IMG/VR virus record: IMGVR_UViG_3300017766_004882
Coordinates: 1-26,599 of that record
Length of the DNA stretch: 26,599 bases
Reading direction: 5' to 3' (one strand)
From: a virus
Lineage: Duplodnaviria; Caudoviricetes
This document shows positions 25,630 to 26,599 of this stretch, in pieces. The position numbers and the translations under genes were made by a program. How positions within the stretch are numbered: the first letter of the stretch is position 1; every line of letters begins with the position of its first letter. Below the pieces are notes generated by a model. That model saw only the letters and a list, made by a program, of their open reading frames with translations, ran no database searches and was not told where the DNA came from.

Positions 25630-26370
25630 TCAGTATTCAACAATTAAATTCCAAATTTTTGTTTGTTTTCTTCTTGCTGCAGAAAGGTTACTTGCTATTT
25701 TATTTGTCGATAATTTTTTATTTTTCATTCGATTAAAAATAAAGTCATAATGATTTTTAACCCAATCTCTCAAGTTATGACCTTTCCATATTTGATTTGT
25801 AATTGTATCTGTAATCGTATATGATTTGTGATTTGGTTCAGAGGCATTTTCAAATCGACTGATCCATCTTAAATTTGCATAATGATTATTTAATTTATTA
25901 TTGTCTATATGGTCAATCTCAGTGTATTGATTTGGATTTGTTATAAAAGTTTCTGCAACTAATTGATGAATATATCTTTTAATCTGCCTGTAATTATTAT
26001 TTTCATCTCTAATTGAAATATTCACACATTCATAACGATGCTCTGGATATCTTTGATTACCCCTGAATGCAGGTTTGAGATATATCAACCCATTTTCATC
26101 AATCTCCCCATATTTTCCAGTTCTATCGTATTTTCCTGGTCTGCGGTATGCTTTCCCTTCTTCTGTAATATAATATCCTGGATACTTTGTTTCTTTCATA
26201 CCTTCTGGTATTTTTACCTTAGGGTAATTATAAACTACTTTCTGTTTTGGTTTTGCAATTGGAATATCCCATGTTTCTCTGGGTTTTTTTAAGTATACCC
26301 ATTTACCATCTTTTTTAATAAACTGACTTCCATTTTTATTTTTTCTAATCGTTCCCTCTGGATAATTCAT
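25630..26370 (-). CDS. Free-standing HNH homing endonuclease (NUMOD4-like plus HNH_3)
   Basis: YPGYYITEEGKAY and IHQLVAETFITNPNQYTEIDHIDNNKLNNHYANLRWISRFEN. Likely start ATG 26370 (246 aa) rather than TTG 26424. Confidence 0.88.
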   Translation of the reverse strand: MNYPEGTIRKNKNGSQFIKKDGKWVYLKKPRETWDIPIAKPKQKVVYNYPKVKIPEGMKETKYPGYYITEEGKAYRRPGKYDRTGKYGEIDENGLIYLKPAFRGNQRYPEHRYECVNISIRDENNNYRQIKRYIHQLVAETFITNPNQYTEIDHIDNNKLNNHYANLRWISRFENASEPNHKSYTITDTITNQIWKGHNLRDWVKNHYDFIFNRMKNKKLSTNKIASNLSAARRKQTKIWNLIVEY

Positions 26371-26466
26371 AATACTATTAAGGTTTTTAGATAAAAAATT
26401 TTGTGAAAAAAATTTTGAATTCAACTGTATTTTATTTACTATTATAGTATATAATTAGATGCCTTC

Positions 26467-26503
26467 CGTAACACTTTATAGTTTAGGGTAGTGTTGCGTT
26501 TTT
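26467..26503 (+). terminator. Hairpin plus U5, intrinsic-terminator-like, on the strand opposite the genes
   Basis: CGTAACACT (26467-26475) pairs with AGTGTTGCG (26490-26498) with one G-U on the plus strand, followed by TTTTT. The 14-nt loop is long for a terminator. Confidence 0.45.
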
Positions 26504-26504
26504 A

Positions 26505-26599
26505 GCCACGCGCCCGCGCTAAGGGGCGCGGCGCACGGGGGCACTGCCGATCACGAACGAACGAACTGCCCCCCACGAACGAACGCAGGGGGCAGGGGG
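26505..26599. repeat. GC-rich non-coding island with nested inverted repeats and CGAA tandem repeats
   Basis: CGCGCCC/GGGCGCG (26509-26515, 26524-26530); CTGCCCCC/GGGGGCAG (26566-26573, 26588-26595); CACGAACGAACG at 26552 and 26574. Confidence 0.8.

Noticed and set aside
158-26292. Other short plus-strand ORFs and the 2952..3137 alternate-frame ORF
   Set aside because: All lie within well-supported minus-strand genes and have no recognisable motifs; treated as shadow ORFs.
26393-26416. AAAATTTT palindromes upstream of the HNH gene
   Set aside because: Low-complexity A/T runs expected at this composition.
26505-26550. Terminal GC island as template or partner for the vrlC patch
   Set aside because: Only matches of about 6 nt were found by eye, as expected between two GC-rich stretches.
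26552-26599. CRISPR-like or tRNA reading of the terminal repeats
   Set aside because: Repeats are 4-12 nt without spacer architecture; no cloverleaf is evident.

Overview
AT-rich (roughly 30% GC) segment of a T4-like cyanomyovirus (Kyanoviridae-type) genome with all credible genes on the minus strand. Read in transcription order (right to left): a GC-rich, hairpin-dense non-coding island at the window end; a free-standing NUMOD4/HNH endonuclease; an AbrB-like protein missed by the ORF track; a sigma70-type promoter; a GT-A glycosyltransferase-like gene; three conserved hypotheticals; speD-like pyruvoyl decarboxylase; an 82-aa hypothetical with a structured leader; the baseplate block gp25-gp6-gp7(3569 aa)-gp8-VrlC/DUF4815(2439 aa); a 66-aa coiled-coil protein; a 54-aa NblA-like ORF missed by the ORF track; a 114-aa Ig-like protein; and the start of a fibre-like gene. 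T4 late promoters (TATAAATA and variants) punctuate the block. The most unusual signals are: (1) a short in-frame patch in vrlC almost free of coding-strand adenine with switched synonymous codon use, a candidate targeted-diversification site; (2) a switch-like pseudoknot/anti-SD leader downstream of speD; (3) the NblA-like ORF inside the structural operon; (4) the terminal GC island and an adjacent candidate small RNA. Family assignments come from recalled motifs and synteny, not database searches.
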